DNA of 64,000 nucleotides, taken from Camelus ferus. Its lineage: Eukaryota. Of the stretch, positions 39,136 to 53,305 are shown in pieces. The stretch covers positions 92,444,001-92,508,000 of the forward strand of contig NC_045696.1 in the NCBI RefSeq assembly GCF_009834535.1, read 5' to 3'. The position numbers and the translations under genes are program-made. Position 1 is the stretch's first letter. Every line of letters starts with the position of its first letter. The notes below the pieces were generated by a model, which saw nothing but the letters and a program-made list of their open reading frames with translations, was not told where the DNA came from and ran no database searches.

Positions 39136-42100
39136 TTATGTTGTGTGAGTTTTAGATATCTCTTCCTGCAAGTGCAAATCTAACTCCCCCTCTAGACTAC
39201 AAGCTCTTTGAGGGGAGGGACGGACTGTATCTGGTATAAGCTTGTAACCTCCGTAACAGTCAGCATGGTGTTTTGTACACAATGAACATATCAGAGATAT
39301 TAATGGTTTACTTGTTTGAATTTTAAATTTCCCAAAGCTACATTTCCCCTTTTCCATCTATTTCCATTTTTGCCTCAGTAACCAAACTCTGGGTCTCAAA
39401 AGAGAAATAAAAGCTTATAGAGAGAAGGCTAGAAGAGGAATCAAAGTGGGATGGCGTTACAGAGAAGCTCGAATCCCCAAGTACAGTTGTGAATATTGTT
39501 CCATCACTTACACCAGCCACAGGTTCAGTCAGCACAGAAGTGGTTCCTCAGTGAACTGCCCCTATTGGACCTGGAAAAGCAGTAGGCAGCAATGAGACAT
39601 GAGCCCGCTTCAGTGTTTTCCTGTCCTCTGAATATGAAACCAGGCCCGAGCGAGGAGAGAGGGATGAGAAGGCCAGTATTTGAAACTGAAGTTTCTTTTC
39701 ATTAAGCTCTAAAAGTTGATCACTGTCATAAAAGGTCCCAGTTTGAAGAGGGGAGTAGAAACTACGTTTATGAGGGAACTATGTGTCCCTTTGGCTGTCA
39801 ATGCAAATTAAAATCAATTTTAAACGGTGTGTCTAAGACTATAAGAAATGGATCTGAGCAGCTAAGGAGGGCAGTTAACGTCTGTCTTGCTGTCCTTCTG
39901 TGTCTTAGGATGATAATTATTATATACTGTTCAGAATCTCTAAGTATACATACTCCTGGGTTCAGCAGAGTGTGGGGAAAATGACACGCACAGTCATCTG
40001 ACAAGAGAGGTGCTTCCAAACATGTTCTGCTGATGAGGTGCAAGAGGCCCTGGGACTCAGAAGTCACAGACAGAGGCTCACACAGCCCTGCGTGGGCAGC
40101 AAGCTTTATCCACACCTGTCCAGCATTCATAAATAACTGTGTGACTTTGGGCAGGTCTTGACCTCTCTGTCCTCTTAGTTTCTTTATGGGCTCAGAAATC
40201 TCTAAGATTCTTCCAAGTCTGATGTCCTGTGAGTCTTAAAAACTACTTGGGGGAGACATTCTACAGAGATGAGGACCCTTCCTGGGTTGACTCAATGATT
40301 AATTAGCTAGTTCTGCAAGATACCAGGCCCTTGAGATTGCTGCTATAATTCTTGGAATATACTGATCACATTTATAGCCTAATTTAAAATTTTTCTTGGC
40401 TAAAGAGGCAACTTGCGAAACACCATATCCTAGATTTATGGACATGTCACAGTCATCTAAAAGTTGTCTTGGCCTACAATAGAAAACTGAGCAGGAGTTG
40501 GTGGGGCCAGGAGAATGGGGCTGTCTCCCCACGGCTGGGGCAAAGGAATGCTGGTTCTGCCCAAACGAGTTTGCACAAGGGACACCAGACCACAGATCCA
40601 AGCCCACCCTCCTTTTCCAATGACTTATGGGAACTGCATCCTTTTGCTCCACAAGTGATGCTGTGACAGAGAGCAGTGAGCTGACCGAGACGTCTGCCTC
40701 CATCCCACTGGGCACCATCAGAGGAGTTTCTCCTCTTGTGCTTGCTTTCTTCTCCTTACCTTTGCCAGAGCTACCTAGGGGTCTAGTTGTATATGGTGAG
40801 ACCACAGTTAAAAATGTGTGGGTCATATCAACACAACACAATGAAGAAAATGTCGCCTTCGACCTTCACTGTGAGGAGCTCACAGTGGAGGGAGGAAGGA
40901 GGCTAGGGAAGGCTATAAAGCAGTGCACTGTGAGCCACGATGCAGGCAAGCGGTGAAGAGACCCCGAAACCCAGTCCTGGGGGTGGGGCAGAGGACGTAA
41001 CAGCGGCAGTGAAGAAAGGGGGGGTAGTTCTTCCAGATGTTTACCATCGAGCAAGAAGATGAATCTTGAAAGTCTGTTTAGCATTGATCGAACCTTTTCT
41101 AGACAATCCCTCTCATTTCCTTTTAGGCCAAAATTTTTCTAGGGATAGAATAAAACATTCCCAGCAGCACAGGGGCGGGGACACATGTTCAGTGTGTGGG
41201 GTTAAAGCACGGCGCTAATGGGAGCCCCCATCAAGGCAGCTGCAGCTCGAAGACAGCGCCCGCACCTCAGTCTCAGCTCATTCTACCTCTTTCCTCACCC
41301 CTGCCACTTGTATACTGTACCCTCGTGCACCACAACATGCAAATAGCCCTCCCCGATGTGTAACTGTCGCATTGCTACCATATGCACAGGTATGCACACT
41401 ATAGCCTTGACTGAGGGGAAATCGAAGTATAATTAAGGGTGCCCAGGTCTACAGTCTCTTTCTTGGCTGTAAAGGGCAGGGCTGGCCCTTGGGATTTCAC
41501 TGCCACCTTCATTTATCCCACACTGACTCACATTCACAGCCAGAAAGTATCTTTGAGTTTTGGCATCTGCAGTGAAAGCTCCCTTCACTACTTTGGGTGT
41601 GACTCTCTTGCTCTTCCTGCAAAAGATCCCAAAAGATGCCAAAGTGTGGCCTTCATTCTAAGGCTAATGCAAAGGAAATGGCCCATGGGACTGCAATATG
41701 CAAAAGTACACTCTGTGGCTAAAAATGCCTTGAAAAATGACCATGGGGCAACATAGTGCCTTGGAGAAGAGGTAGGTGAGCAGGAGAGAAGGTGGGAGGT
41801 GAGGTCTTGGTCCTATTGTGGGGCTTTGCACTCTCTTTTTAAGTAACGTTGAGCCACAGAAGGTTTGAGATCAGGATAGTATAGTATTGTGGTCACATGC
41901 CATTGAGTCATCACTGAAGCAGTGGTTCCAAAATGCTGAGGACATGTTCCACCTCATCCCAGTCTGCACTGTCCTGGCTTAAAGAATTTCCGTGGAGTCG
42001 GGGTGGAGTGTGGTGGAAAGAACAGGAGCTGGGAAAGCAGGAAAACGTGGGTTCGAGTCCTACTCCTACAGCACACTAGTGGATTGACTAGTGGACACTT

Positions 42101-42229
42101 TCTGAGTCCTATTTCTTCCTCTGGAAAATACCCCTCCCCACATTACAACATAGGGTTGTCATGAAGACTAAAGGAAATATGCTGTTTGATGTAACTGATG
42201 CAGAATGAGTGGCGGTTATTGTTACAGTA

Positions 42230-42325
42230 GCCAGTGCACTGCACAGCTCCACAGACTGCCCATCAACGCTGCAGTCTATGTGGATAATGCCCCACGTGTC
42301 GCTGTGTACAGCAGGCGAGGCCGTA
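42230..42325. mobile_element. MER91-like hAT-Tip100 palindromic MITE remnant
   Basis: GTGCACTGCACAGCTCC...TGCAGTCTATGTGGATAATGCCCC...TGTGTACAGC resembles the recalled MER91 core. Confidence 0.45.
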
Positions 42326-45300
42326 CGTGGCCGACGTGGACAGACTCAGTAAGCAACAATTTTCAGAAGACTTCAGTGTGATGGGTTACATGACTACAAA
42401 ATGAATGAGATGGCTTGAAATAGGACTTTCTCCTTCCTAAAGAGAAATGAAGGATTATCTGGATAAAGTTGATTTGTTCTTTGTCTGGCAAGAAATTCCT
42501 CTATCACCACTTAAGTGTCTACTCAGAAAGCAGATTTGAAAGCTGCAAAGCATCCCACACCTCCAAGGTCACTGCTCCACATGCTCCCTTCTGCCAAGGG
42601 GCTCATCCATCTTCTTCTACCGCATTATTCTCCTGGGGTCTGAACCTGTCAGAGACAAGGCTGGGAAGCTGGGACACAGAGTGGCATCCTGAAAGGTAAA
42701 TCTCAGCTACAAAGCCAAGCCTAAAAATGTATAGTTCCAGTGTTGAGAGAGAATGCACTGCTTAGAGGTTTTATTGGAACCATTCCACCTGACCCCACCT
42801 ACCTCTTCATCATCTTCTTCCAGGCACTCAAGATTAATTCTACAAAAATCTATGATTCTACTGGAGCTGTAAGAAATCTGAGAAATCAGCTGGTTCAATT
42901 CTCTTGTTTTACCAATAAAGAAAGAAACATTCAGATAAACTGGCAACATTAAGAGTCAGTTACTATAAGGACTGGAATAAAGTACAAGTTTCCAGGAGTG
43001 TGACCTTAGAGGTCAGATGGACAGGGGTTTAAATCCTTGCCCGACAATGCACTACTATGTGATGTGAGTGTTCTCTGGGCTTTCAGTTTCTTCCTCAGAA
43101 AAATGGGGGAAACAATACTATCTCCTCAGAGTTAAATAAGATAAGTTAGTTTATATATTTAAACCCCCACATACACTATCTTCCCTCTTGAAATGTCATT
43201 TCACAGTATAATAATTGTAAATGTTTAATCACTGACCAAAGTTCCAAGGAAATACTGTTGAAAAATGATCCTCTGGAAAGTGTGCTTCTGCCACGGAAGA
43301 CAAATGAATAGCTTCGCTTTGCTTACTTTATTTATGATAGAATGTTCTCTTCATCTGGGAAATTTATAAAATTGAGAGCACAAGTGTCCCATCAACATTT
43401 TGAAAAATTGTGTTCTATATGGTTTGCTTTTCTAAAGTCTCTAAGGGTTATTCCAAGATAAACTGCAACTGGAGCCACTTTCAACATTTGGCATTTTCCC
43501 AAACAGATTCCAATGTTAATTCAAATAAAGGAACAACCGAATTTTTTTTAGAGGTCACCTTGTTAGCAAACTTGTTCCATAGAACACAAGCAAGAATCTA
43601 CAAACGAACAAATGAGATATCACAAAGCCCACATTTCAAGCCTCCTGGGAGAGTACCTCAATTCATAAACCTGTTCTTCTCGGTCATAATTCAAGCAAGA
43701 CAGATTTTCTTATTTTCCTTTCCTCAGCAGAGTAAAGATAGCAAATTAGATGAAAGGGGCTATTAGAGGTAGGCAGCCTGACAGTAGCAAGGAAAATTTA
43801 CAGCAAGGTAAGGATATAGAAAAAGTAATGGATGGGGAAAAATCCAGAAGCCAACATTAAAAAATAAAATAGCAAAATGAGGCCTCTAATTTTCAAGGCA
43901 AATAGTTCTATACGCCTTAAGAGTCCCTGAAAACATTTTAACATAACACAACAGTTGACGTTTATTAAGATAAACTGGAGTTGTCAAACTGCTTCTTCAG
44001 GTTTAAAAAGTTAAAGCCTTGACAGTTAAATCAGAAAGTTTCAGGTACTGGGAAAAATTGCTTGCATGAAATTTTTCATTCTCTGACAATGTCAGATGAA
44101 TAAGGCCTAACTGTGAATTATTTTCTGTGTTTAGAAATTTTATCTTGTCCATTCTCATGAACTCTTCCCCCCATTAGTAGCAGCTTGGTTGTTTAGCTGA
44201 TTCTAGCTTAAGAAAAGGTCAACTTTGTTTTTGAGCTACAGACTACACTCTTCATTCCCCTGCCCCTTTCCCGCCTCCCTCTTTGCTGGTTCACTCTCCC
44301 AGACTCCTGCACATCCTTGTTAAGAGTCCAGTTGAAATGGTGCACTGTGTGTGTATTTTTTCCTGACACTTCTCTTCCTTGTCTCCCCACCTCCTGGCAG
44401 AACTAATGGCTCCTTTATCTGTTTCCAAAGCACTTCATTCACACTCCAAACATCACACCAATAAAACCATGCTGCAGAATTGTTTTCCCTGAAAAGACTC
44501 CAGAATTATTCAGGGCAGGAAGCCTGCCTTGTTTAGCCTCAGATCCCCAGAATTGAACATAATAGTTGATCAAACCTCTTAAAAGCATATCTGTTTAACT
44601 TCCTAGTTTGATTGTTAGAAATTCTTTCAATATTACATATATGGTAATGAGAGAGTATCCTTGAATTCTGAATATTGACTTTGTTGGAAATTCATTTAAC
44701 TGAAAATACTTTAAAAACATATTTAAACTTAATACTTCTTTGCCATTTCTTTTGGATAAATGACCATCTGGAAGCTAAAACATTGTTAACAGATTTAAGG
44801 GTTTAATATTTTATTCAACAAGCAACTGCTGTTTGGATAGTCACATCATTTAAATTACTAAGCTTGCAGACAGAAAGAACTGATCTTTCAAATGCACCCC
44901 ACTCATAGAATTGTTTATCCTGACTATCACCTCCTCAGTCGCAGAGGTAATTAAATAATTCAACAGCCCTTTTGGACAGCTTGTTTCATACTTAATGTTC
45001 ATTGCTGTAATCAAATTAAATATGAAGATTAAACTACAAAATGCACTTGGGGCTTTGCTTTTTTAAAGTGAACTATTTCAAGTTTGTAATTTTAAAAAAA
45101 GGAGCTCTTGAATGCAACCCAAATTTTTTAAACTAATTTTTCCTCAAATTCCTCACCCTTCCACACAAAAATGTGCATGGAACTTGTGTGAGGATAGTGA
45201 GCCAGAGAAGGCGGGCCAGAACATCATAAATGATATGCAGTTTTATTTAATGATACTACATTCTAAACCATGCTGTGTCCTGCTGCTGGGAACAGAGTGA

Positions 45301-45407
45301 CTGGCTTATCTGTCTTCGACAATCCTGATGGTGCATTATCGACAAACATGGGTAACGACTACATTGAATGAACATACTGAAGCTCCTTTTAAAAACACAC
45401 AGCTGGC

Positions 45408-46216
45408 AGAGAGGGTGTGGAGAACAGGGAACCCTCCTACACTGTTGGTGGGAATGTAGTTTGGTGCAACCATTTTGGAAAACGGTATGGAGATTCCTCA
45501 AAAAAACTAAAAACAGACTTACCACATGAACCAACAATCCCACTCCTAGGCATATACCCAGAGGGAACTCTAATTCAAAAAGACACATTCACACCAATGT
45601 TCACAGCAGCACTATTTACAGTAGCCAAGATATGGAAACAACTTAAATGTCCATCAACAGATGACTGGACAAAGAAGTTGTGGTATATTTATATACTACT
45701 CGGCTATTAAAAAGGAATACTACTTGGCCATAAAAAAGAATAAAATAATGCCATTTGCAGCAACATAGATAGGCATGGAGATCGTCATTCTAAGTGAAGT
45801 AAGCCAAAAAGAGAAAGAAAAGTACCACATGATATCACTCATATGTGGAATCTAAAAAAAGAAAAAAGACACTAATGAACCCTTCTACAAAACAGAAACA
45901 GACTTACAGATATAGTAAACAATCTTATGGTTACTGGGGAAAAGGGAATGGGAAGGGATAAATTTGAGAGTTCAAGATTTGCAGATATTAACTACTATAT
46001 ATAAAAATAGATAAAAACAAATTTCTTCTGTACAGCACAGGGAACTCTGTTCAATATCTTGTAATAACCTTTAATCAAAAAGAATATGAAAACTAACATA
46101 TGTATATATGCATGACTGGGACATTTTGCTGTACACTGGAAATTGACACATTGTAACTGACTATAATTCAATTAAAAAATAAAAAAGCCCATCTAAGTAG
46201 GGGGGAAAAAACCCCA
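45408..46216 (+). mobile_element. 5'-truncated LINE-1 (ORF2 end plus 3' UTR) with TSD
   Basis: Peptide IPLLGIYPE...PMFTAALFTVAKIWKQLKCPSTDDW, cetartiodactyl-type 3' UTR, A-rich tail at 46174-46186. TSD core ACACAGCTGGC at 45397-45407 and 46217-46227. Confidence 0.92.
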
Positions 46217-47225
46217 ACACAGCTGGCTAGTTCTGAAATAATAGACTGAATTAGTGAGCTCTCGGCTCTTCACAAGGCTCTGTGGCCCTGGCTTCCACGT
46301 GCCTGATCCTGCCTCGTGAGCTCTCAGCCCAAGCCCGTGGCACTAGAGCCTGTGGCCATTACCATGGGAAAGGCTGACCTGCTGCACTGCAACAACTCCA
46401 TCTCACAACCGCATGGAGGAGGAATAAAGCATGAGCTGCAGGGAGACTCCCGGCTCAGCCAACTGCTTGGGAATCTTAGGGCAAAACCAAACAAAACCGA
46501 ACCTCTGAGAGGTTCAAAACAGGAGCTGAGAATTCAAGAACTGACACAAGCAAGGCTGTGTTCCAAGCTGATATCAGCTCACCATCTACAGGTTTCTGAG
46601 GGGCCATCAACCTCGGTAAAACAGAAAAGTGAGTTGCAATTAGAGAAGCCAAAAGATATCCCCACAGTGTGGTTAAGGCCAGGTGGGTGGGTCAGGCTTT
46701 GAATGAGGGGAATACGTTGAAGGGAAAGGAAGCAGCTAGACCCCACCTCAGCACCTCCTCCACTCTGCTCTGACCACAGCTCTGTGGCAGAGGGACTGGC
46801 AGGCTGTTCCCCACACCAGCATCTCTCTCCCCATGGCACACATTTGCACTACAGTTCCCAGCCTCCCTTGCAGTTCCGTGTGGTCACATGCCTGAATTCC
46901 AGCCAATGATGCTTCTCCCCACAGCTCCACTGACAGTGATCCTCCATCCATACTCTCTTCTGCCTGCTGGACAGACAGCAATTCTCAGCCCCCGGCCAGC
47001 TTAGAAACAAAAGCCGAAGACGACAGAACTCTCATCAGCCTGGATCCCACCTGACTGGAACTAACTACCCTTGATTGAATTTACACGAGTAGGACATAAA
47101 GTTTATGTCAAGTCAATGAGGTTTTGGGGTTTAGCAGCTATTGTTATCTTTAATAAAATCAATGGGCTTTTATCTTGTCAAGGGCAGTTACCTACCGCCT
47201 AACCTTAATAAATCCTTCCTGGATT

Positions 47226-48363
47226 CGCAAGAATAAACAAATGGGACCTAATTAAACTTACAAGCTTCTGCACAGCAAGGAAACCATAAGTAAATCAAAA
47301 CAACAACCTACAGAATGGGAGAGAATTTTTGCAAATGATGAAATTAACAAAGGCTTGATCTCCAGAATATATAAGCAGCTCATACGACTTAAGAAAAAAA
47401 CAAACAACCCAATCTAAAAATGGGCAGAAGACCTAAACAAGCAATTCTCCAAGGAAGACATACAAATGATCAAAAAGCACATGAAAAAATGCTCAATATT
47501 ACTAATTATCAGAGAAATGCAAATCAAAACTACAATGAGGTATCACCTCACACCAGTCAGAATGGCCGTCATTCAAAAGTCCACAAATGGCAAATGCTGG
47601 AGAGGCTATGGAGAAAAGAGAACCCTCCTACACTGCTGGTGGGAATGCAGTTTGGTGCAGCCACTGTGGAAAACAGTATGGAGATTCCTCAAAAGACTAG
47701 GAATAGACTTACCATATGACCCAGGAATCCCTGCTCCAGGGCATATACCCAGAAGGAACCCTACTTCAAAATGACACCTGCACCCCAATGTTCATAGCAG
47801 CACTATTTACAATAGCTAAGACATGGAAACAGCCTAAATGTCCATTGACAGATGACTGGATAAAGAAGATGTGCTATATTTATACAATAGAATACTATTC
47901 AGCAGTAAAAAATGACAACATGATGCCATTTGCTGCAACATGGATGTCCCTGGGGAATGTCATTCTAAGTGAAGTAAGCCAGAAAGAGAAAGAAAAATAC
48001 CATATGAGATTGCTCTTATGTGGAATCTTAAAAAAAAAAAAAAGAAAGAAAGAACATAACTACAAAAAGGAAGCAGACTCAGACTCAGACATAGAATACA
48101 AACTTGTGGTTACCAAGGGGGAAGGGGGTGGGACGGGATAGACTGGGAGTTCAAAATTTGTAGATGCTGACAGGCATATGCAGAATAGATAAACAAGATT
48201 ATATTGTATAGCACAGGGAAATATATACAAGATCTTGTGGTAGCTCATAGGAAAAAAAAAATGTGACAATGAATACACGTATGTTCATGTATAACTGAAA
48301 AATTGTGCTCTACATTGAAATTTGACACAACATTGTAAAATGACTCTAACTCGATAAAAAAAA

Positions 48364-48417
<54 letters not shown>
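47226..48417 (+). mobile_element. Young 5'-truncated LINE-1 (ORF2 C-terminus, 3' UTR, (TAAA)n tail) with 19-bp TSD
   Basis: ORF2 C-terminal peptides ([53 protein letters not shown]). Perfect TSD AATAAATCCTTCCTGGATT at 47207-47225 and 48418-48436. Confidence 0.95.
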
Positions 48418-48422
<5 letters not shown>

Positions 48423-48424
48423 AT
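48370..48424. repeat. (TAAA)n microsatellite derived from an L1 tail
   Basis: About 13 perfect units directly before and overlapping the TSD. Confidence 0.95.
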
Positions 48425-51400
48425 CCTTCCTGGATTGGAAACCAGGACCAGATATCTGGTCTGCAGCCCTATTTAATTTCCTGATGACTGAAGAAATATT
48501 TGGCAAGTTTTTGTTTCTGATTAAGTTGCAATGTGTGTGCCAAGGTACACAAAACTCAAGATTTGTCTTAACTTGGAATGGAGATTTTTCTCCAAAACTG
48601 GAAGATTGACACCTGACGGCATTTCACGGGGCGAGGGAGGCTGCCTGTGGAAAGGAAGCACTGTTTCAACTGACATCTCCAGAGAAGTGTGAGCAAGTGT
48701 TCCTCAAAACGATGCTGTTTCCTCCTCCCACAGAGCAAAAGCATAAAATACAACAGTGAGCATCCCTGGCAGAACGTTAGCACAAGCCATTTAGTAAAAA
48801 CCATATGCTAAAATTGGAGAGACCAGGGCAGCTGTTGCTGTATAACCTTTGTATTCTCTTGGAGCTTGTATGAGAGGCAGAAGGCCAAAGACTCTCTAAC
48901 TTAAACCTAAGATCTGAAATTGAGTTAAATTCATGTAATAGAGGATGCTACTTGGGCTGTTCTTACATAGCTGTTTTGATGGAAAGAAGCCGGAATATTG
49001 AAATCCACAGTCTGCTCTATTGCACAGCCCTTGCTCTCCACCTGAGTGGCTTCCTCCCCATCTGAGCTGCTCTCTGACATCCCCCAGCCCTTCACTAGAC
49101 ACATGCAGGGCAAAGGCAAGGACCTTGCTTGAGTGGAGAAGGGAAACTGACTCCCACACCCCACATTAAGGACCCTTGTACTGTGATGGAAAATGAAAGG
49201 TGACATTACTAAAGTGACATCTCAGTAGGCATGTGCAATCAACCCAAACTAGGGGAGGAAATATTCTGGAGGTTAAGAGGTGACCCTTCTTGTACCTTCC
49301 GGGTTTAAGTACTGTTTCTATTGCTTACTTGAATCCGACCATGGACAGGATCTTTTCCAAGTCTCAGTTTCCTTCCATAAAGCAGAGCTGATAAAAATTG
49401 CCACCCCATGGATTATTGGAAAGGATTAAACTGAATAGTGTAAGGAAAGTGCTGGGTATATAATAAGTATTCAGTAAGCAGCTGCTGATGTTAGGAAAGG
49501 GAGGCCCATGTCTTGGTCTTTGCAATGTACCCAAGAAACCCTGCCCAGGGCCTGGGAGAGAAATGTGGCTGTATATACCCCTGTATTTACTAGAAAAGCA
49601 GATTAGGGATAACCATGCTCTCAAGCCATGTTCTAGACTGAATTAGAGCCAATGTCTCCGAACAGAAGGTAAAAAAAAGTTGCCAACATCTAGTGGTTAT
49701 ATTTTAGAGATACATAGATTATATACAGATACCGGTTTACAGCATACCAAGGATTTTCTATTGGATCTAACCTTTAAAATCCTAGACAAAGATAAAAACA
49801 TCTGCATTGTTTCCACCATGTTGATGAACATATTGGGGCCCTGAGATGGGACATGATTTGCTGAAATCCACACAGCTAGCCAGCAACAGAGCTAGACTTC
49901 AGACCTAGGCCTCTCCATCCCAAAGACAACAGATTGATGCTCTCCACATGGAGAGAGGACATGTCAGACAGACATTTGATCAGAAAAGATTTTAAATGAG
50001 GATGTAAATGAAAATCTTAGAAGAACGGGGCTCTAAGTGAAGCAAGAAGGGAAGCAGCACATCGAGACCTTTCTCCTAGGGTTAGGAAGTTTTCCCAGGC
50101 TCAGGAAGCACCTGGGAGGAATCCAGAGAAAGAAAGAATATGGAGGTAAATAACAGACCAAGGCTCACAGCACTCCAAAGGGGAACGGATAGCATTTGCT
50201 GAAGGGCCCTTTCCATGCACTCAGCGCCATGCTAAAACTTTGAGAGAGAAAATTTCACTTAATCCTCCCAACTCTATGAATGTGTAATATTGTCATTTCC
50301 ACTTTACAAGTAAGGAGACTAAGGTCCAAGTCACATAGATAGTGACCAGTGGGTAGTGTGGTGGAATCAGGGTTCAGACAGGGGTTGGCCTGACATCAGA
50401 GCTTATGTTGATCTGCCCCCAGTTTATGTAGCCCTGGAGGCTCATAGAGAAGGTAAGATGTACAGTGACTCTCATTGGCTAACACCAGCATATCAGCTGA
50501 AGGGTAAAGGTAAAAAATTAATCAACTAAGCTGTAGAAAATATACCTAAGCTGTATAAAATGAAACCAAGCTGAATAACCAAAGCCAAATTTAAAAATCA
50601 TGGTACAATTTTACCCCATCCCAGGAGAAGCAGAATACTCAGTATATAAAGACAGAACTAGAAAGGGTGACTTTGGACATGGAGTAAAATGGCAATGGCT
50701 CAAAGAGGTAGCCTGGAACATACTTGAGACTGTTCACAGAGAGGTAGCCCAGAGAATTTTTTAGCCTCTTGATGGGAAGAGAAAAAATAATTAAGCAGCC
50801 ACAGACAGAAAGTGAATAAGCCACATTCTTCATCAGTGAGGATGTGGGTTGTAATACGTCCATAGGGCTGTTATACGGATTAAACGGAATGACTATAAAA
50901 AGCCCTGGGCAGACAGCATGATGCTTTATAGGTGCTTGATAAACATGAAGGAGACGAAACAAATAAACCACCTCCAGGATTTTGTCAGATCCGAGTTCCA
51001 CTTCTACTCATATTGAGTGAATATTTCCCTTTAAACTGACTCATTTATTTTAAAACTTAGCTTTGTCCTCTGCCATCACTGGCATGAATTCATAGGTTTG
51101 AGGTGTAACTTATACATTTTTCCTAACACTCATGAAAATGAATACAAAACCATTGAGAGATTTAATGTCCACATGCCCCCCTAGTACCATCTCAGGGACA
51201 TCTAGTGCTCCATGGTTTGGGAGAAACTGAAAGCAGGTAAAGAGCCCTGGGTGGGGACCAGGAGACCCAAGGTCTAGGGCCTGGACGATCAGACAGGTCA
51301 CCTTCAGGAGGCACGTTCTCCCAGAGGAAACTGGGAGATTAGAACACATGACTTACGTTGTGTGAAGACACGTGAGATAACGAAGATGAAAACATTTCGT

Positions 51401-52632
51401 AAGCAGGGACATTACAAACTGAAGGTGTTCATGTGACTTGTCTCCTTCTATTAAAGAATTAAAAAAAAATCTGGCAATGGTCAACCAATTACTAAAAGAA
51501 TACACTCTAAAAATAAAAGAATTTTCTATCTCTCTTAAAGCTTCAAAATAGAGCATCAACCCATTTACTTTTTCTCGCAGAGATAACACAACTGCACAAT
51601 CCCTATAAAGGTCAGTGAGCAGAAAATTAAACTCTGTTCCTTCCATCTGGTTTATGATATTATTACACTATGTAGTTTCATGGCTGGAAAGAGCCCAAGA
51701 GATCATCATGTCTCTTCTTTTCATTTAACAGAGAGGGTACTGGTTCTGGAGAACTTTTAAAACCTTATTATGCTCACAGAGCAAAATGGGATTCAAATAT
51801 TATCTCCAAACCCCTCAATAAATGCCCCTGCCATTGCACAAGCCTGCCCTCTGGAAACGCAGAGGACATCAGGGGAAGAGGAACCAGAAGTGTTGCGCTC
51901 TATATAATCCACTAACATCCGTTTAGGAGGAAACCCTGCTGGGCAAGAGGACACTGCTTTCAAGGTGTCCACAGTCCTTCAGAAGGAACTGGACACACAC
52001 ACATGGCCCAACTAATAGAACTGTAAAAGTGAGAAACTGGTTCAGTTTTCTCAAGGTAACTCAAATAGCAATCACAGGGATGCGGCCTAAAGCAAGTCCC
52101 TATGTATTTGGCTGCTACTGTAGGGTAGGTGTGCCTGCCCAGCGATGTCTACTTCCAACTCACTACCCTATGGGGACAGTGGCACACGGCAAGTACAGCC
52201 TCAATGTCCTTAAGTCACAGAACATCATCACCATTAGGGACCAGGGCAACCTCATCCCTTCCAGAAGCTGCTGCTGGGATACTGGAAACTTTCTCTGTCT
52301 ACCTAATTCCTGTCCTATTGATGTTCATCCTCTCACTCTTCACCCAGTCATTCACTAGTCTAAGATTTGTACTAACATTCAAAATAACAAAACAATGAGC
52401 TAGCAAGCAATCTTTCTATCATATGTCTAAAATCATAATAAACTACACAACAATGTCCTCATATTCTAACATCTCTTGAAAGTTACATCTTCTATGTGAC
52501 TTCTCATATAAACATGCCAAGAGCTAGACAGAGCCTTAAAGAAATTCTGCTCTAAGAAATATGTATCACCTTTTAGAAAAGAAAGTGCTTTCTCTCTAAT
52601 AAGAAAAATCTAATCAATCATATTTTCTAAGA

Positions 52633-53305
52633 TACCATATGACCCAGGAATCCCGCTCCAGGGCATATACCCAGAAGGAACCCTACTTCAAAATGACACC
52701 TGCACCCCAATGTTCATAGCAGCACTATTTACAATAGCTAAGACATGGAAACAGCCTAAATGTCCATCCACAGATGAATGGATAAAGAAGATGTGATATA
52801 TATATATACACACACACATACACACACACCACACACACACACACAATGGAGTATTACTCAGCCATAAAAAGAATAAAATACCATTTGCAGCAACATGGAT
52901 GGACCTACAGATTTTACTAAATAAAGTAAATCAGAGGAAGATGAATATCATAATATCAATTATATGTGGAATCTTAAAAAAATGATAAATATTTTATTCA
53001 CAAACTAAAAACAGACTCACAGACATAGAAAACAAACTTTGGTTACCAAAGGGGAAAGGGCAGGGGAGGGATAAATTAGGAGTTTAGTATTAATAGATAC
53101 ACATTACTATACATAAAATAGATGAACAAGGATGTAATGTATAGCACAGGGAACTATATTCAATTTCTTGTAATAACATATAATGGAAAAAGAATTTGAA
53201 ATGTATATATATGTATGTACGTATATAACTGAATTGCTTCTCTGTACACCTAAAACTAACATTGGAAATCAACTACATTTCAATAAAAAAAAAAAATTAA
53301 AAAAA
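52633..53305 (+). mobile_element. 5'-truncated LINE-1 3' end (older-type 3' UTR, young-type 5' segment) with TSD
   Basis: L1 ORF2 end and 3' UTR (GACTCACAGACATAGAAAACAAAC...TGTATAGCACAGGGAACTATATTCAA), AATAAA and A-tail at 53282-53305. TSD core TATTTTCTAAGA at 52621-52632 and 53309-53320. Confidence 0.9.

Noticed and set aside
40299..40841. 180-aa minus-strand ORF (same strand as KCNAB1)
   Set aside because: No similarity to Kvbeta or any family I recognise; non-ATG start and no convincing splice structure.
49680..49700. CTCF-like motif (reverse complement CCACTAGATGTTGG)
   Set aside because: Only the first half of the core matches; not supportable without data.
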